From positions 1 to 58,428 of IMG/VR virus record IMGVR_UViG_3300035180_000124: a stretch of DNA of 58,428 nt; one strand, given 5' to 3'. Position numbers and translations under genes: made by a program. Position 1 is the first letter of the stretch, and the number at the start of each line of letters is the position of its first letter. The notes below the pieces were generated by a model. That model was not told the DNA's origin and made no database searches. It was given only the letters and a program-made list of their open reading frames with translations. Source of the DNA: a virus (lineage: Duplodnaviria > Caudoviricetes). Of this stretch, positions 45,801 to 53,612 are shown one piece after another.

Positions 45801-46171
45801 GGAGCTGCCATCCAAGGCAGAGAGCCACCAGCAAGCTCGCCGATCTTAGTCAGCGGTGCTTCAGTCCAGCCCTCAGTGGTCGGGGCGTAGACTTTTTTCT
45901 TGTAGGCTTCCTGCTCGGCAATGTACTTCTCGGCTTCGGGAAGTCCCATGATGCCTGTACGGCCAGCGAGTGCTGCGCCAGCGCCTTTGACGTCTGAAAT
46001 TGCGCCTTTGAGCGAGGGCATGAAGCCCGACTTGGGGCCTTCTTCGGGGGTTTCTGCCGCACCAAATGCTTTTGGGTACAGCCGTTGGGCCTCTGCAAAA
46101 GCTACGTTAGGGTCTTCTCCCTCACGCAAAGGAAACAACGATCCATCTGGTAGTGTGAGGGCTTTTGCCAT
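36833..46171 (-). CDS. Giant polyvalent virion/ejected protein (zincin metallopeptidase + ART-like + LPD38-like C-terminus)
   Basis: 3112 aa. HEVGAH...E; WHGS...F..FD...GEG...G.G.Y.T; C-terminal RMIPFFNAQIQG, LPIPYEFG, PIAEVYANKNFYSG and SPIQIEH. Confidence 0.85.
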   Translation of the reverse strand: MAKALTLPDGSLFPLREGEDPNVAFAEAQRLYPKAFGAAETPEEGPKSGFMPSLKGAISDVKGAGAALAGRTGIMGLPEAEKYIAEQEAYKKKVYAPTTEGWTEAPLTKIGELAGGSLPWMAAPLAAGAAALALPEALAAAPILGGLTTAGTALGLGAAGAASAGQFTASNLVRQTEEGKKLGDTDLTAAALASIPQAALDTVSMRMIPGLGKIFEKAGVNLSAKAANDLAKEGIKKTAADYLLSTGKTMGIEGLTEAGQQVFERMQAGLNITDANARAEYFDNFIGGAVLGGILAPAGRYVERGQEQTRFDKGERTKQVEARTAASQAAEQAAAVEEAQKQTPEYAVQAQQDYLAAEQRKVELDAQMHRAGKGVKLTEDQKQDNRETQKALAEHADVLKETNAEFRKYRRFLLPEPTPAPAPIEDTTQLQQPSLVPEAAAPATPDLDMFGQPVERQVPEAAVEPKADPRQQVRMLEQLVQQYQSQLQDASPQEIVDLAPKYAQANTALMQSRKDVEALPRPVEDQIAKLQQKLGVAKDRGDVPAAAKLSQSILNLQQQAVPTTQQTIEMQPFKATSETAEEMAARKAKDLEDQRQGAQQAARAESDAYVNQQIQERRTQRKLTEANTPAAEQPQRDEELRHRAEKETIDKLLATFPTGSVVTPGQIMSGLGGEQAHLRDLQTQLAIAKITRNAELVGSLNDQVADIKARQEENAASGKPIYRLPALGEGKLPESRAQEAEAEQHADKQSELLQAFVGQLQKIKLRPDTANVSARLTDVNKKREAAGKPPITLADQSSTLMDTARMAYLNSHLAEIASRRAAFNLPPMAKWEIGESRARVMEGFNELQSRWGQAIPKNAPIGQRQFGAPVGAIAALQDQMRTNIYTNVSSAAERMLKDTQGTMKEKTVTRSATPTLERDEKGQLRQTDYARPTGPQPVTETLNLREQPKLAEDDKQNTLDMIDQVLNTLDTRTTAIPTNTVKPPEKVKSFSDIAQLLAEEKSGVTTAKTNEASVQLLNQLRDALPNTSNKDFTALAREQVQRVMEGNLPDQFAVRELGDMIRVQEEGRQSAAQPGATPEDLQRTSAQQQRALFPEAEVQTLRVTPENFQKMLDSKNVQGMQETIAQQKADNQTALQTVRDSLQPAKTAAQQAEVALKKAKEKAGPLLASADKERGEPEWYASAVRKVVELETALQSIPARVTLLKDIRAQMAGLNESQKKELVQQVDRLLAIADKNPAERTALLDRLKEQQKKAKYFSTSPNATSIKNISDHMGLVGENLNAVFSANKVKELLELKQALAGKASLTKEINRLTAAVRFAKSTVDKARTDLNGLVNQHVADSTVRESLLSEANKATEKINRLTKAFEAAQRQELKEPAKPVEEAVTSQATPMATWRTALQRGREGMDLPGTRVTQDVSELKQRILGIRSKLGSFDAQLETLQDPKNKLTAEGKGKIADLKTKRSQAAVDLEAVYENAPRITTEIKEQGQLELEKAFDEAQAAGYDLIARKRQEKAGEIPATLAAPRAGSAVVDVRTGRVSESGERKRPSDRAKVAQEALSELAGARAELKALQDRMQYLRDNNKAKKGNRYTELFKGLQEQEAGLKGTVADKQAVVAEVTKSQKETNAAVASARKSVEEAQSGKDALALKEAEEQRQAEASGPILEGVEFSRGKPTNASTVESVTAELAEAGIVIPKEKTHSDKKPAKLTVFKSVDDFTKAYPTTKGKVPSDVKGLVHKEQAFLFADNIGKGEALGVTLHEVGAHIGFRNFFNPAQYNAISTTVKNWAKRNDGSIESKIGKAALARVEAAETPVNQVDDEIIAYAVEEAIKAGIQPTGAVNRTAIHNWLKMVVDAFKKALAVFDINSSGLKAGDLVNFAYGCAQLELQGTWHGSDAKFTAFDTNFAGEGEGAFDRRFEREKSLGVGPYVTADKDYAEYYQTAVTFGKASNATGYGDMSYQQFRDLDEKYMSTSVGDLSSKEVRTRYESNLLTRYLRGVQEGGALNPKENKAAVEYIADTKKRLESDIADTKQRLAKYLTGPVSKKTGLPAASVVSGKNAAAVVRLEANLYTTQARLDAVNTLDVSKIKGLKERPKQGNLYRTLDDVPEERVYKVNSDFIVGDRPKLDALFEQYGDRYAKQRAEQEGKYPANGLFFDIREKLGVDEATRVLKAAGIDAIEQNNEGGEYVERAFIGVKPEILGTNLQPIGPAEGPLFSRVAKYKSDDALSKLAERAVAQPKTLREKAGSNIALQIEMQTADMRAGVIKALNNAVEDPNTMGSTRDFRQAIFSITAADQHGAITQMALSNGPPEMFKDSKGYYEVRSSMKNDAGAIFDAVQDIPDSYGNTEAKMGLASAYMIAQRAMNKGLKKLDLGALGVTEQELQDAMAVANSDPKLKAALENARTKYNAYNRGMIEWLSSPQVAAITQADAKAYLKDEDYVPYYRVRADGVAELVFGGEKTLTIGDITHQPYLAELKGGESKIMPLDKSIMRNTMLLVTKGMNNMAMKNVGYAMQAAGQGLGSVDKMGKPTNLMPIHSGKAPADASVIRWTQEPDPNKSEDKGDRWLRVQTTETMFGGVPAELIIKSLEGAHLTLPAFLKWGGIAGDLLRSGVTRTPIYLARQLFRDPFAATATSGLDYGPLTAIFKANKEFLKIATGKSEAGAKMVEKGLMQSGLFEGDPANMSKIALQLASGKSQGVLDKLFAKADKLALQADVATRALIYENAIKNGLSEVEASHSVRESMNFSKRGLSPTVQYASRMIPFFNAQIQGLSVLFKAATGNMPANDVLKIKRKFFNNAMLLTGFGIAYAMAMDDDDYYKNAKPKDRYSNFFLHLPGVDEPIKLPIPYEFGFFFSAGVAAVDAMKGEVDTPQQLRALKDMFVSAIPGSSNMGMPQIIKPIAEVYANKNFYSGNPLVSARLEKLDPVAQYNSNTTELAKFMAKMVPGLSPIQIEHIVSGYLGQIPLMVVATTNEMFREGKAEPTRKLSEMPLIGSSFQRKYGGEEADVVYKLATDAMEAKRTFDNYRKTGKIEDAKDYLREHRAEIAVAPMALQYQKFMGTLRTQEDIIRSSNAPSDAKEKRIDTLNAQRQLQSERYLKAIRRVEEGAGRTTPP

Positions 46172-46232
46172 AATGTCTTTGCAGTGTTGTACCGGGGGCG
46201 CGTCCCGGTTCTATTGCGCCTATCGCCTATTA

Positions 46233-47909
46233 TTAACCACCCGGCCTTGCAAGTAAAGTCTGTTTACCAACATCGACCACTTTAGGCTTTGCAAATTGTG
46301 CTACGTATTCGGCTCTAGTTGGTTTAGGCCCTGCAACACCACCGCCCTTAACCCAATCAGAAAGTGCTTTGGCGTATTCTGCATCGACATTGAACTTGCC
46401 AGACCGGATTGCCACCAGCTCTTCCATACCTTGTCGGAGCTTGTCCGCTTGAGGCCCACCAGCGCCGAGAATACCTGCGACATGTTCTTCACGTCCCGGC
46501 ATAGCCGCAATATCGCGTTGTGTCTGATTACTGGCGGCGCTTGTGCGCTCCCGGCTTGCACGATCTGCAGCGGATTCACGTGAATGCACATAGTTAGTGA
46601 ATACGGCTTCAGCAGCCTTCGTTTTTACCCCTGTGGCTTCCTTGATACCCGCAATCGTCTCGTTATTAGATGCGATAGCACCTTCAGCGATAGTATGCTT
46701 GGCAGCCGTGATCTCTTTCTGAGACATATTGGTCTGGTTGAACTTGAGTTCGTCGAACGCATCTTTGGCGTCTTCGATCTTCTGGCGAGCGGCTTCAGAC
46801 AGTTTCAGTCCTTCAGAGTACTGCTTGACGCCAGCGGTGGCGCCTTCAGCGAGCCCCGCCAATCCCCTACCGGTGGATTGCATCATTGCCAAGCCAGCGT
46901 TGATGAGCGACATGTTCAGGTTCTGGTCATCGGTCTTTTGCAACCGCGCCTCTTTGTCCTTGATGCGTTGTTCTTTGGGGGCAAGTAAACCGGCCAAGCC
47001 TGCTTTGCGCTCTTCTGCACCGGCAAGCTCTTCTTTCCCTTGGGCTTCACGCAGCTTGGCGTTTTTTTCGTGTTGCGCTGCGTAGGGGTCGTCTACTTGG
47101 CCTTTCGGCATGAGGCTGGCTTGCAGTTTTTGAAGCTCTGTAATTGACATCGGGCCTGCACCGGGAGCCGTAGTAGCGCCAGCACCAGCGGAGGGGGTAG
47201 CCCCCCGTTGTCCCACAGGAGCGCTAACAGAAGTCAGCGTTGGAATTCCACCGGGAGCGCGAATATCTCCGCGACGTGTAGCATCTGTGGGCATCGTCGC
47301 CACGGATGTAGGGGCTTCGCCGAGCGACGTTCGCTTGCCTTCAGTACCATAGTTGACGTTGTAGTTTTCCCACTTTTCTGCGGTTTTGTCGCGCATCATG
47401 TCTTTGAACTTTGCCGCGCCTTCTCTACCCAACGTGGAAACAAGCTCACCAATCGACATGTCTTCGTACGGCGTAGTGTCTGGAAGCAACCCTTGGTTCG
47501 GAGCACCGCCGCCGCCGTATGGGGCATAAGGGGTGTAACCAGCACCCGGCACAGTTTCCATGAACGCGCCTGCTGCAAAACCGGGGATGTCACCGCCATC
47601 GGCAAAAGCCACGATGCCTCCGCCAGCCATCTTCTGCATGTTGGGGGCAGGCAAAGCACCGATGCCTGACTCTTCGGGTAAACCCTGAGCCATTTGCTGC
47701 ACAACTTGCTGTGCTACCGGGGGTGCGGCTTGCTGTTGCTGCGCTGCGCCAGCAGCCTGCTGTTTTTTCTGTATGTCACTGGCCGCTTTGGCAGCGAGGA
47801 ACTTCATGGTGTCGTTCTGGTTTGCGGCAGCGTACTGCGCCAGTTGCTGCGGTGGCATGGCCACCAGTTCAGCAATCATCTTGTTCATGCTAGGGTTGAG
47901 GATAGACAT
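46233..47909 (-). CDS. Internal virion / ejection protein
   Basis: Ala/Gly/Gln-rich helical protein; MAGGGIVAFADGG; AAGGA RBS. Confidence 0.75.
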   Translation of the reverse strand: MSILNPSMNKMIAELVAMPPQQLAQYAAANQNDTMKFLAAKAASDIQKKQQAAGAAQQQQAAPPVAQQVVQQMAQGLPEESGIGALPAPNMQKMAGGGIVAFADGGDIPGFAAGAFMETVPGAGYTPYAPYGGGGAPNQGLLPDTTPYEDMSIGELVSTLGREGAAKFKDMMRDKTAEKWENYNVNYGTEGKRTSLGEAPTSVATMPTDATRRGDIRAPGGIPTLTSVSAPVGQRGATPSAGAGATTAPGAGPMSITELQKLQASLMPKGQVDDPYAAQHEKNAKLREAQGKEELAGAEERKAGLAGLLAPKEQRIKDKEARLQKTDDQNLNMSLINAGLAMMQSTGRGLAGLAEGATAGVKQYSEGLKLSEAARQKIEDAKDAFDELKFNQTNMSQKEITAAKHTIAEGAIASNNETIAGIKEATGVKTKAAEAVFTNYVHSRESAADRASRERTSAASNQTQRDIAAMPGREEHVAGILGAGGPQADKLRQGMEELVAIRSGKFNVDAEYAKALSDWVKGGGVAGPKPTRAEYVAQFAKPKVVDVGKQTLLARPGG

Positions 47910-47917
47910 GGTATTCC

Positions 47918-48856
47918 TTATGCCATCTTGCTGAGCATCAGCGCTTGCAGTCCAGCCGGTTTCTTGGCCTTGATCGCGCCGCCTTTTGCAGAACCTGTGG
48001 CCTTGTTGTACGCGCCGTACAGACCGGCGGCTGCGGTTCCCAAACCGGCTACTTGGTTAAGCGTCGATGGGGGTTGTGTGTACATGGTGGAGCCGAGGCC
48101 AGACATGGGGGAACCGCGCACAATATCGGACATGAAGCCAATCTGCTTGTACGGGTAGTTCTGCTCCGCTGCATAGTTTTGCTGGCCGACGTTGAGCAAG
48201 TTCTGCACCTGCTGCTGCTGTTGCCCACCCATCTGACCTTGTATGCCTAGGTTGTTTGTGGTCTGCCCGTACAGGTTTTGGCCTTGGGAGCCAAGCGCTG
48301 CGTAGCCTTGCAACCCCATCTGGCGCTGCGTATTGAACTGGTTCTGAGCGTTGGTGAAAGCCGCTTGGCTACCCTGCGCTTGGATGTCGCCCATCTGTTG
48401 GCCAAGGTTGCGCTCGCGCTCAGCACGCATGATGGCGTCTCGGCTACCGCCCAGTGCGCCGGAAGAAGTTGCCTGCCCCGCCTGCTGCGTACCTTGAATG
48501 CCAGACTGGCGTTGTGCTTCGCGCTTCTGGATGTCCACCACGCTCTGCATGTACGGGTTCATGTACTGCTGCGCGGCATTCTGATCGAACGTCTGGCCAG
48601 ACAAGCTCTGCAGTCCCGCAGCAGCATCCGTAGAGTACTGGTTCTGACCTAAGCCCTGAGCGCCTGTGAAAGCGGTTTGCTGCAGGGGGTTGAACTGCGC
48701 GACCTGATCGCCGGTTAGACCTTGCGATTTTGCCCAGTCCGCGTAGCTTTGGTATGGGGTGGCGACCGCCTTAGCAGCACCGGCCAAGACTCCCTCGCCG
48801 TATGGTGCGAGTTGAGGCGCAAAACCTACCTGTTGTTGGATTGTTTGGTCTGTCAT
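47918..48856 (-). CDS. Internal virion / DNA ejection protein
   Basis: YMNPY and GALGGSR motifs, Gln/Gly-rich, C-terminal GLGTAAAGLYG. Confidence 0.75.
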   Translation of the reverse strand: MTDQTIQQQVGFAPQLAPYGEGVLAGAAKAVATPYQSYADWAKSQGLTGDQVAQFNPLQQTAFTGAQGLGQNQYSTDAAAGLQSLSGQTFDQNAAQQYMNPYMQSVVDIQKREAQRQSGIQGTQQAGQATSSGALGGSRDAIMRAERERNLGQQMGDIQAQGSQAAFTNAQNQFNTQRQMGLQGYAALGSQGQNLYGQTTNNLGIQGQMGGQQQQQVQNLLNVGQQNYAAEQNYPYKQIGFMSDIVRGSPMSGLGSTMYTQPPSTLNQVAGLGTAAAGLYGAYNKATGSAKGGAIKAKKPAGLQALMLSKMA

Positions 48857-48865
48857 GACTGTTCC

Positions 48866-50932
48866 TTATGCGGGTAGGTGGCGATCAGCTTTGCTGTTCT
48901 TCGCCACTTGGTTTTTACCTGTTGTCTTAGCGCGTCCGGCTTGGATGCGTGCCATCATTGCGTACAGTTGCTTAGCGCCTGCCTCGGTGGAACCGTTACC
49001 CAGTTCAGACACGATGCGGGCTGGAACCACAAACTCTCCGTCTGCCAGACGTGCTGGTTGGCCTTTGCCGATTGTAGCTGGGATGCTGTCAGAAACACCA
49101 TCTCCGGGGCCCTTGAGCAGTTGACCGCCGTCAGAGTAGCCGCCCAGCGAACCGAGCCCGCCAGATGCCAGCGCCATGAGGCCACCTTGGGCATGTTTTT
49201 TAGCGGGGTGGTAGTTGAACTTGCCTTTGTGGAAGAACCCGCCTACAGCGTTAGATCCAGATCCAGATCCATCGCCAGATCCAGATCCATCGCCAGATCC
49301 AGATCCATCGCCAGCAGATCCATCGCTAGCAGCTCCGTCGCTAGCAGCTCCATCGCTAGCAGCTCCATCGCTAGCATTATCCGAACCCGAGATACCGGGG
49401 GCATCTCCCATACCTAGCCCGGAACTTGTGTCGCTGGTATTGCCTATACCTTCGCCGGGGGCGCTTGGATTGTCGGCGCCTTCCATACCGGGGGCCGTAC
49501 CCATACCTAAGCTCGAACTCAACCCCGCATCGCGACCTTCATTGCTGTAGTTAGGGCTAACTTGTGATGCAAGGGCATCTGATAGGCTGGTAAGCCCAAA
49601 GTTACCTAGTGTTGCCGCAGCAGAATTTGCCATAGAGGCAAGCCCTGTTGAAGGTGAGCCGTCAGTAGTAGAACCTGTAAAACCTTGGCCAGACACGTTT
49701 GCACCAGCGTTGTTGCCGCCACCGCCTTGTTGGCCAGCAGCTAAAGACGCCAGTCCTGCATCCGCAGCAACAGGGTTCGGAACCCAGTCGTAGGAGCCCG
49801 TCTCCTTGTTTATCACGTAGTGCCCGCCAGTGCGAGTGGCCAAGTCCAGTGGTGCAATTGCGTCCGCTGGCCCAGCGGTACCAGTGCCTTGATCGTGATA
49901 GAACAACATTGGGTTCTCAGCACCAGTCTTGCCCATGAGGTAGTCGTAGGCTTTCTGGGAGTCCGTACGGGTGTCATTAGGGTTACGCATCACAGGCGTG
50001 CGCGGGCGAACACCGCCAAAAGAAACGGCAGGTGCGCCTGCAGAGGTAAGTCCGGCGGCTGGGGTGGTAGCCCCGCCTGCGTCTACGTGGTCATACTTCT
50101 GGGTCGTCTCATTGAACACGAGATAGCCGCCACCAAACGGGTCTGGTTTAACCGCGCCGCCGTCAGCGTACTTGACGGGGTTGCCCACGCCGCCAAAGGT
50201 AACAGCGGACTGACTACCAAACTGATCCACGGGTACGGCTTCAACTTGCTCAAGCGCACCTGTCACGGGGTTTTTCTCGTAGCGGCGGATGTAGCCTTTG
50301 TTCTTGAGCGCGGTTGGGCCGGAGTCTTCCTCCATAGAACCCATAAGCACGGGGAGCGCAGCGGCACCGAGGGCGTACTTGTTGTCTTTCAGGAAGTCTT
50401 TGGCTGCGCCAAAAGAGCCTGTGGCGGCGTCGAACCCCGCACCTACATTTGGTGATGCAGCTTGTTGGATAGCGGCTACACGCGCTTCGTCGCTTAGTCC
50501 GGCTTCCACGGCAGCCGTATTCGCAGCGTTAGCGTTGGCAGCTCCGCCCATTGCACCCAAAGCACCTGTCAGACTGGCCCCGCCGTACGCACCCAAGCCT
50601 GCCTTGATACCCTCTGCCAAGTTTCCAGAAGTGAGTCCAGCCAAACCACCGACCATGCCCGCAGCAGTCATCGGGTCGATAGCGCCGCCGGAGAAGAACG
50701 AAAGCCCCGCGCCGGCAATTGCCGGTACGAACTTGTTCACTTCGCCGAGACCAATGTCGTCAAGGAAGTTAGCCTCTGGCAGACCCGTCTGGGGGTTGAC
50801 CGTCAATGAGCCGCCGTAGTTCTGTGCAAGCGCCTGCAGCCCGGAGACTTCCCGAGGGGTGACGTGCATCAGCATGGAGTCGCCGTTGCGACCCTGAGAA
50901 GCTAGGTGGTTGGCGGTGTGTTGGTAGTTCAT
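48866..50932 (-). CDS. Internal virion protein
   Basis: GRNGDSML.H...NPQTGLPE N-terminus; C-terminal GPGDGVSDSIPA...LADGEFVVPA. Confidence 0.8.
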   Translation of the reverse strand: MNYQHTANHLASQGRNGDSMLMHVTPREVSGLQALAQNYGGSLTVNPQTGLPEANFLDDIGLGEVNKFVPAIAGAGLSFFSGGAIDPMTAAGMVGGLAGLTSGNLAEGIKAGLGAYGGASLTGALGAMGGAANANAANTAAVEAGLSDEARVAAIQQAASPNVGAGFDAATGSFGAAKDFLKDNKYALGAAALPVLMGSMEEDSGPTALKNKGYIRRYEKNPVTGALEQVEAVPVDQFGSQSAVTFGGVGNPVKYADGGAVKPDPFGGGYLVFNETTQKYDHVDAGGATTPAAGLTSAGAPAVSFGGVRPRTPVMRNPNDTRTDSQKAYDYLMGKTGAENPMLFYHDQGTGTAGPADAIAPLDLATRTGGHYVINKETGSYDWVPNPVAADAGLASLAAGQQGGGGNNAGANVSGQGFTGSTTDGSPSTGLASMANSAAATLGNFGLTSLSDALASQVSPNYSNEGRDAGLSSSLGMGTAPGMEGADNPSAPGEGIGNTSDTSSGLGMGDAPGISGSDNASDGAASDGAASDGAASDGSAGDGSGSGDGSGSGDGSGSGSNAVGGFFHKGKFNYHPAKKHAQGGLMALASGGLGSLGGYSDGGQLLKGPGDGVSDSIPATIGKGQPARLADGEFVVPARIVSELGNGSTEAGAKQLYAMMARIQAGRAKTTGKNQVAKNSKADRHLPA
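49253..49376. repeat. In-frame tandem repeats (18 bp x3, 15 bp x3-4)
   Basis: CCAGATCCAGATCCATCG and CTAGCAGCTCCATCG units encode GDGSGS and SDGAA. Confidence 0.9.
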
Positions 50933-51228
50933 GTTTTTACTTTCAGTACGTTGCTTGCCGAGGTATCGTAATAGATGTCCCCAACGCGTAGATTGGCGAG
51001 ATCGGCTTGAGTTGGCAAACTGGGGGTAGACGCTCCGGCATTTGGTGCAAAACTAAGCCCGGACACCATATCGCTGCCGTTGAACTGAGATGCTGCGGCA
51101 ACAGGCCCAGCATTGTCTAGCTGGCTGAAATACAACCGCAGTACGTTTAACATCTGGTTAATCATTACCGGGTCGTACTCCGCTGTGGCATTGGGTAGCC
51201 GTGGGGCTACTACATTCTTCTGTGCCAT
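50929..51228 (-). CDS. Small tail-associated protein
   Basis: Start MAQKNVVAPRLP; LRLYFSQLD; C-terminal GDIY...LKV. Confidence 0.7.
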   Translation of the reverse strand: MAQKNVVAPRLPNATAEYDPVMINQMLNVLRLYFSQLDNAGPVAAASQFNGSDMVSGLSFAPNAGASTPSLPTQADLANLRVGDIYYDTSASNVLKVKT

Positions 51229-51229
51229 A

Positions 51230-53581
51230 TCAACGCCTTCCGTCCGGGCGAATATCAATACGTGGTGCACCTAGTTGCCACTGGGTACCAACCTTATTCG
51301 ACTCAATCCTCATAGACATCTGACGCCCGCGCACGCGGATATTCAACTGCCCGGTAAAGGTGTCTAGGTCAATCGGGTATGTCTGCGCGGTCGAGGTGAC
51401 CGTTTGCGTTGCCTCACTGCCCATAGCAGCAATAGCAGTGTAGATAGACGCCGGGTTCGGAGTGTATCCAAGCGGTTCTCCAGTGGACAGCTTAAGGAAC
51501 CCAATTGCGTCCAGCAAGCTTATTACACCATCTCCATTCAAATCGTAGTACAGGTCTATGGGCAGCAAGCCCACCACCATCTTTTCCACAATTACAGCCG
51601 CGTCGTAAAACGCCGCTGCTTGCTCTGCTGATGGGAACAATGGGTTGTATACGCCCCCTACAGATTTGGGGTTGTTGTACCCCGAACCTGAGTTCTGCAG
51701 GGGTTGGAGCTGGATCGTCAAGCTGGGCGTAGTGCCGTCAGTAGACCCACGGAAAGTCAGGTCAGGCAGCATCCGCCACACAAACGCAAAGTTGTGGCCA
51801 TCCCCAATATCAAACTGAGACGTTTCGATCCACGCGTTTATAGCGACCGCCGTACCGGTAATGTTGTCGTCAACACCATCTTCGTGATACACCAAGTTCC
51901 GTGCGTACGTTGCCGCCATAGGGTAGTCCCTTAGCGACGAGTCTAGCCATGCAGTGCGTCCCATAGAGCCGTAGTACCAAACATCTTCTGCGTAGTTGTA
52001 CACCACATACCGGTTAATAACCTTACTATTTGCCGTGCAGTAGAACCACCAGACTTCATTGAAGCCCTCATTGGTGCCGGAAAAAATCTGGCTGAACTGT
52101 GTGCGGTTTATATCGTCGTAGATGAACTGCCGCAGATCGCAGCGTAGGGGTTGAACTCGACCGTCGTACTTATAGAACTTGTCTTGGCCCATCCAGTAGG
52201 CTACACCACTGGAATACGTGGCTGCGTTCAAGCTGACAATAGAGATATTGTCCGACAAGATTTGGGAACTCCAAACATAAGGAGCGCCTAGGTACTGCAG
52301 GGAGTAAAGTGCTGCATCAGTGAATACCAAAATCTCTTGACGGGATTGAAGCACAGCCTGAATCTGCGAACCGTGGGAGAGCCGAATACTACCCGACTGG
52401 TTGGTGATTGCAGGCGTCCAGTTAGTCAGGCTTTCTTGGTCAGACCAGCGTACCAGCATCGGGTCGTACGTGGTACTCAAGTAGTCGTTGGTACCGAAGG
52501 CAAATGTAAAGTCACTCGCGTCTGACACAAGCAGAGTGTTCTGCGTCAATGGGACATCCGAAGCGCCTGCAAGTACTGATACCGGAATAGCCCGGATGGA
52601 TACAGTCTGCGTACCGGAGCCTGCGGAGGACGTGTTGATGGCTACGCCACCAGAAGTCAGGGACAAGTTAAACGTAGTATCCGTTAGGTACTTTACATAG
52701 TACACAGTGAACGGTTTCAACGGGAGTGGCAGTGCGCCCGTAGTCTCAAACATGATGGCTGAGTCATTGGGTAAAGCTACCAACGGCGACACAGCACCGG
52801 TAGGCAAAGACAATGTGACGACGGCGGGGGACGCGTTGGTGATGGCCGCAACTGTTGGGAAAGCTAAGTTCGGCGCTGTCGTGGCATTCCACATGTACAT
52901 AGCACCCTGTTTAACGCCAAATAAAAGGTTCTCGCCAAAGTTATATTGCGTCCACAGAGTATTCCCGCGTGTCCTCGTTACCTGCCCAATACCGCCCCAA
53001 TTACCTGCACCCCAATAGCCAGAACCCCAACCTAGAACACCCGCAGTAGTAGTCGTAAATGCACTTAGCAAGTATGAGGCGTAGGCAACGGAGCCGCCAC
53101 CGGTACCGGAAACTGCCGCAGCTATGGTGTACGTGGTTCCCGTCGGCACAGATACGACTTTGTACTGGCCACTGATGGCCAAGCCAGATACGCCGTTAAA
53201 AATAACATAGTCGCCCACTGCGGGGGAATAGGTAGCATCGGTTACCGTAACGGTCGTGCCATTCCCGGTAAAAGGGTCTGTACCCAAAATATGCGTGCTG
53301 GCGATAGGCGTGGTGTCGTAATACGCACCAGTCTGAGAGACGTAAAACTTCTCTTCCGTACCTACACCGATCAAATTAGCGCCTGCCAGCGTCGTCCAAT
53401 TCCACAACGAACGGCAGATGCCCTCAAACGTATTGCTAGAAAGCTGTGTCCAGCCGCCTATTTTCTCAGGTGTGCCTTGGCGGAAACGAACTAGGTTCGA
53501 CTCATAGTAGCCGCCCTCGTTGGTCAGGCGCGTATTCTCCCGGTTCACGCCACTTTTCAACACAATTCTTTGTAATGGCAT
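51230..53581 (-). CDS. Tail protein (tail tubular B / P22 gp10-like hub) with inserted domains
   Basis: VRFRQG.PEKIGGW, VRWSDQE, EVWWFY, RTAW and terminal RIDIRPDGRR. Confidence 0.8.
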   Translation of the reverse strand: MPLQRIVLKSGVNRENTRLTNEGGYYESNLVRFRQGTPEKIGGWTQLSSNTFEGICRSLWNWTTLAGANLIGVGTEEKFYVSQTGAYYDTTPIASTHILGTDPFTGNGTTVTVTDATYSPAVGDYVIFNGVSGLAISGQYKVVSVPTGTTYTIAAAVSGTGGGSVAYASYLLSAFTTTTAGVLGWGSGYWGAGNWGGIGQVTRTRGNTLWTQYNFGENLLFGVKQGAMYMWNATTAPNLAFPTVAAITNASPAVVTLSLPTGAVSPLVALPNDSAIMFETTGALPLPLKPFTVYYVKYLTDTTFNLSLTSGGVAINTSSAGSGTQTVSIRAIPVSVLAGASDVPLTQNTLLVSDASDFTFAFGTNDYLSTTYDPMLVRWSDQESLTNWTPAITNQSGSIRLSHGSQIQAVLQSRQEILVFTDAALYSLQYLGAPYVWSSQILSDNISIVSLNAATYSSGVAYWMGQDKFYKYDGRVQPLRCDLRQFIYDDINRTQFSQIFSGTNEGFNEVWWFYCTANSKVINRYVVYNYAEDVWYYGSMGRTAWLDSSLRDYPMAATYARNLVYHEDGVDDNITGTAVAINAWIETSQFDIGDGHNFAFVWRMLPDLTFRGSTDGTTPSLTIQLQPLQNSGSGYNNPKSVGGVYNPLFPSAEQAAAFYDAAVIVEKMVVGLLPIDLYYDLNGDGVISLLDAIGFLKLSTGEPLGYTPNPASIYTAIAAMGSEATQTVTSTAQTYPIDLDTFTGQLNIRVRGRQMSMRIESNKVGTQWQLGAPRIDIRPDGRR

Positions 53582-53612
53582 GTTAGAATTCCAGTTCTAC
53601 AAGGAGAACACT

